Shown here in pieces: positions 61,878-64,000 of a stretch of 64,000 bases of DNA. Each line of letters starts with the position of its first letter. The stretch's first letter is position 1. The DNA comes from Stegostoma tigrinum (taxonomy: Eukaryota), in assembly GCF_030684315.1 (NCBI RefSeq), contig NC_081355.1, forward strand, positions 75,478,924 through 75,542,923, written 5' to 3'. Made by a program: the position numbers and the translations under genes. The notes below the pieces were generated by a model, which was given only the letters and a program-made list of their open reading frames with translations, had not been told where the DNA came from and searched no databases.

Positions 61878-64000
61878 AGAGGTTGTCTCTCTAACAACCC
61901 TTAACGGTCATCAAATGAAATGTGGCTAGAGGACTATCAGTCCAGCATTCACTATCCAGGAGTTCACAACTCTAAACTGGTTATGAGTGTGCCTTGTTTA
62001 GCCAAAATCAGTTAAATAGATCATGCAAAAGAAAAATAGAATGTAAGGAAATAATGGGGTTAATGAGGTTGTTGCCAGGATAATGAAAACTGGTGAGGAA
62101 CTGGACTTTAGCAATTTGATGCCAAAGTTACTTTCTTAATTTTGTTTGGTTTCCTCTCTGCCTGATTTATTGTGTTATAAGTTTTTCATGTTAACTCTCT
62201 GCACTACCTATTGATGTTATTCCACTTAGTTCCTTTCATGTCAAGTTTCTCACGTAGGATAGGATCCAACTCAGTATCACCACTGACCTTTGGCTGACAT
62301 CTTAACCAGGTATTAATAAACCTGTTACATGCTGCCAGTATTTTCTACTTTTAATTCATATTTCCACCATGTCCCACCAACCATCCCTGGTTGGACCTGA
62401 TTTCCTTGGCCGAAACTTAGAAAGGCCATAAGACTGGTTAGAACAGGAAGAACATCAACCACGTTCATCTCATGGGAAATCTATACTCAGGAACAAGAAT
62501 CAAGCGCAAGTAATATACTTTTAGCTCTCGAATCCTCCTTTAATGACTGTTTCATTCTATTTCTGTACTCTATGAAGCAATTGTGATTTTTGTTAACTTT
62601 AATTTTAGTGTCCACTTTAATTGACAACAGAAGCATAGAAAAAAGCAGCACAAGGGAATACTTGATATTAAGACTATTGTTTCCTCATTGCTTGACATAC
62701 TTGCATTGGTTAGATTTAACACTGTAGGATAATCCCAAGTCAGTTCATGTTTACTGCTGTCACTGCATGCAGTACATGATGCATTGTGTCAGGGAGTACT
62801 AGCAGCTTTCAAAGACCTGCTGATCACTATTAAAGATAGTCTTCTACAGACAGTTTGAAGTGGGCAGGAACAGGAAAACAAGGCAATTTAGACTGTATTT
62901 CAGGATGCAGCTGTACAGTCCTGCAAGGAAGCGTGCATTGTGTTGGAGCTGAGCCACATTTTCCGGTGAACTACAACATCACATCAAGCTGGAAGGAAGT
63001 GGAGCATAGAACCATCATCTGTTCGCAGCAAGAGATAGAATAAGGAAGAATTTACTGCTCAATGTGCACAGCACTGGTTCAGAATGGCACTATCACAGAG
63101 GCAGCAAACAGCATCCAAATTTCTAACTCAGAAATGATGTAATTCATAACTTCGCAGTTAAGATGGTCATTCGTACTGTTATTAATATGTCAGCACTCGT
63201 TTTGACCCCACATTCTTGTGATCAGATAGTTATTGGAGCAGCTTTTTGGAATTGTGTCAAATCAATGCAGAATCAGTGTCTCTGCTGACTCGGTGGGAAT
63301 TGCCCTGGAAATTAAAGATTTTGATTGACATGTCCCTTGAGCATGGAAAGGCCTACTAAAGTAAGAGAATTCCACCTCACTTAAGATAATAGTTAATCCA
63401 GAAAAATTAGGGGGATTAAAAAATTAATCTAACCCATTCATGAGTATTAAGGAACACTGCCACCCAGTTCACCACTGATCTCCCCCTGACTACAACTCCA
63501 CTAACCCCTACATCTTTCAGACCCCTGACAACCACCTCCTAATCTAACTCAATTCTTGGCATCCAATCCAACTGTACACGTCCCACCAACCCGTCCCTGA
63601 TTGGACCTGATTTCCTGGGCCAATTCTGGGGCTCAATTCCCTGGATTGTCTGAATGGCCTCCCCACCAGACTCAAAACTGTCCACAAAGCTAGCGCTCCT
63701 TCCTCAGCAACTTGACCTACAATCCTTTGCATCCAAAACTCTGAACCCTAGCGGAGCACTCCATCATTTACCTGGCATCTACCACCTGGCATCCTAGAGC
63801 CCTACCTACCTGACAGCCTATGCACCTGATACCCTGGCACACTACCCCTTACCTGTCCCCTCACTCAACGTATCCATTTACCTTTCTTCAGTCTCTGTCA
63901 GAGTCTCTTTGGGACTTTTAATTCCTGAAATACAACGTGAGTTTGTGTAAAGGTTCAAGTCCTGGTCTGTAACTCTGCCCCTACACTGAGTGGATTTTTC

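Overview
Eukaryotic genomic DNA, most likely from a cartilaginous fish; this is inferred from the repeat repertoire (CR1 LINEs with (TTCTATG)n tails, Neptune-type Penelope elements, tRNA-derived SINEs). The minus strand carries the 3' part of RAPGEF5, a Rap guanine nucleotide exchange factor. I reconstructed 14 coding exons by hand from 51336 down to the stop at 5199 (1360 nt, all splice phases consistent), covering the end of the REM region, the RA domain and the CDC25/RasGEF domain. The most upstream exon has a U12-type acceptor (TTCCTTGAC branch point, AC terminus); its donor appears to lie beyond the window end. Introns are rich in transposons: a full-length degraded CR1, many truncated CR1/L2/Rex1 fragments, two SINE families, Harbinger remnants, and a three-layer CR1/Penelope/CR1 nest. 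The most notable signal is a set of short Penelope-terminus insertions from three sequence families. They carry minimal hammerhead-ribozyme motifs, are often fold-back palindromes, and several have 12-16 bp target-site duplications (TSDs). Nearly all ORFs in the supplied track are spurious or transposon-derived. Repeat boundaries are read by eye and approximate; comparisons with human RAPGEF5 and repeat consensuses are from memory.
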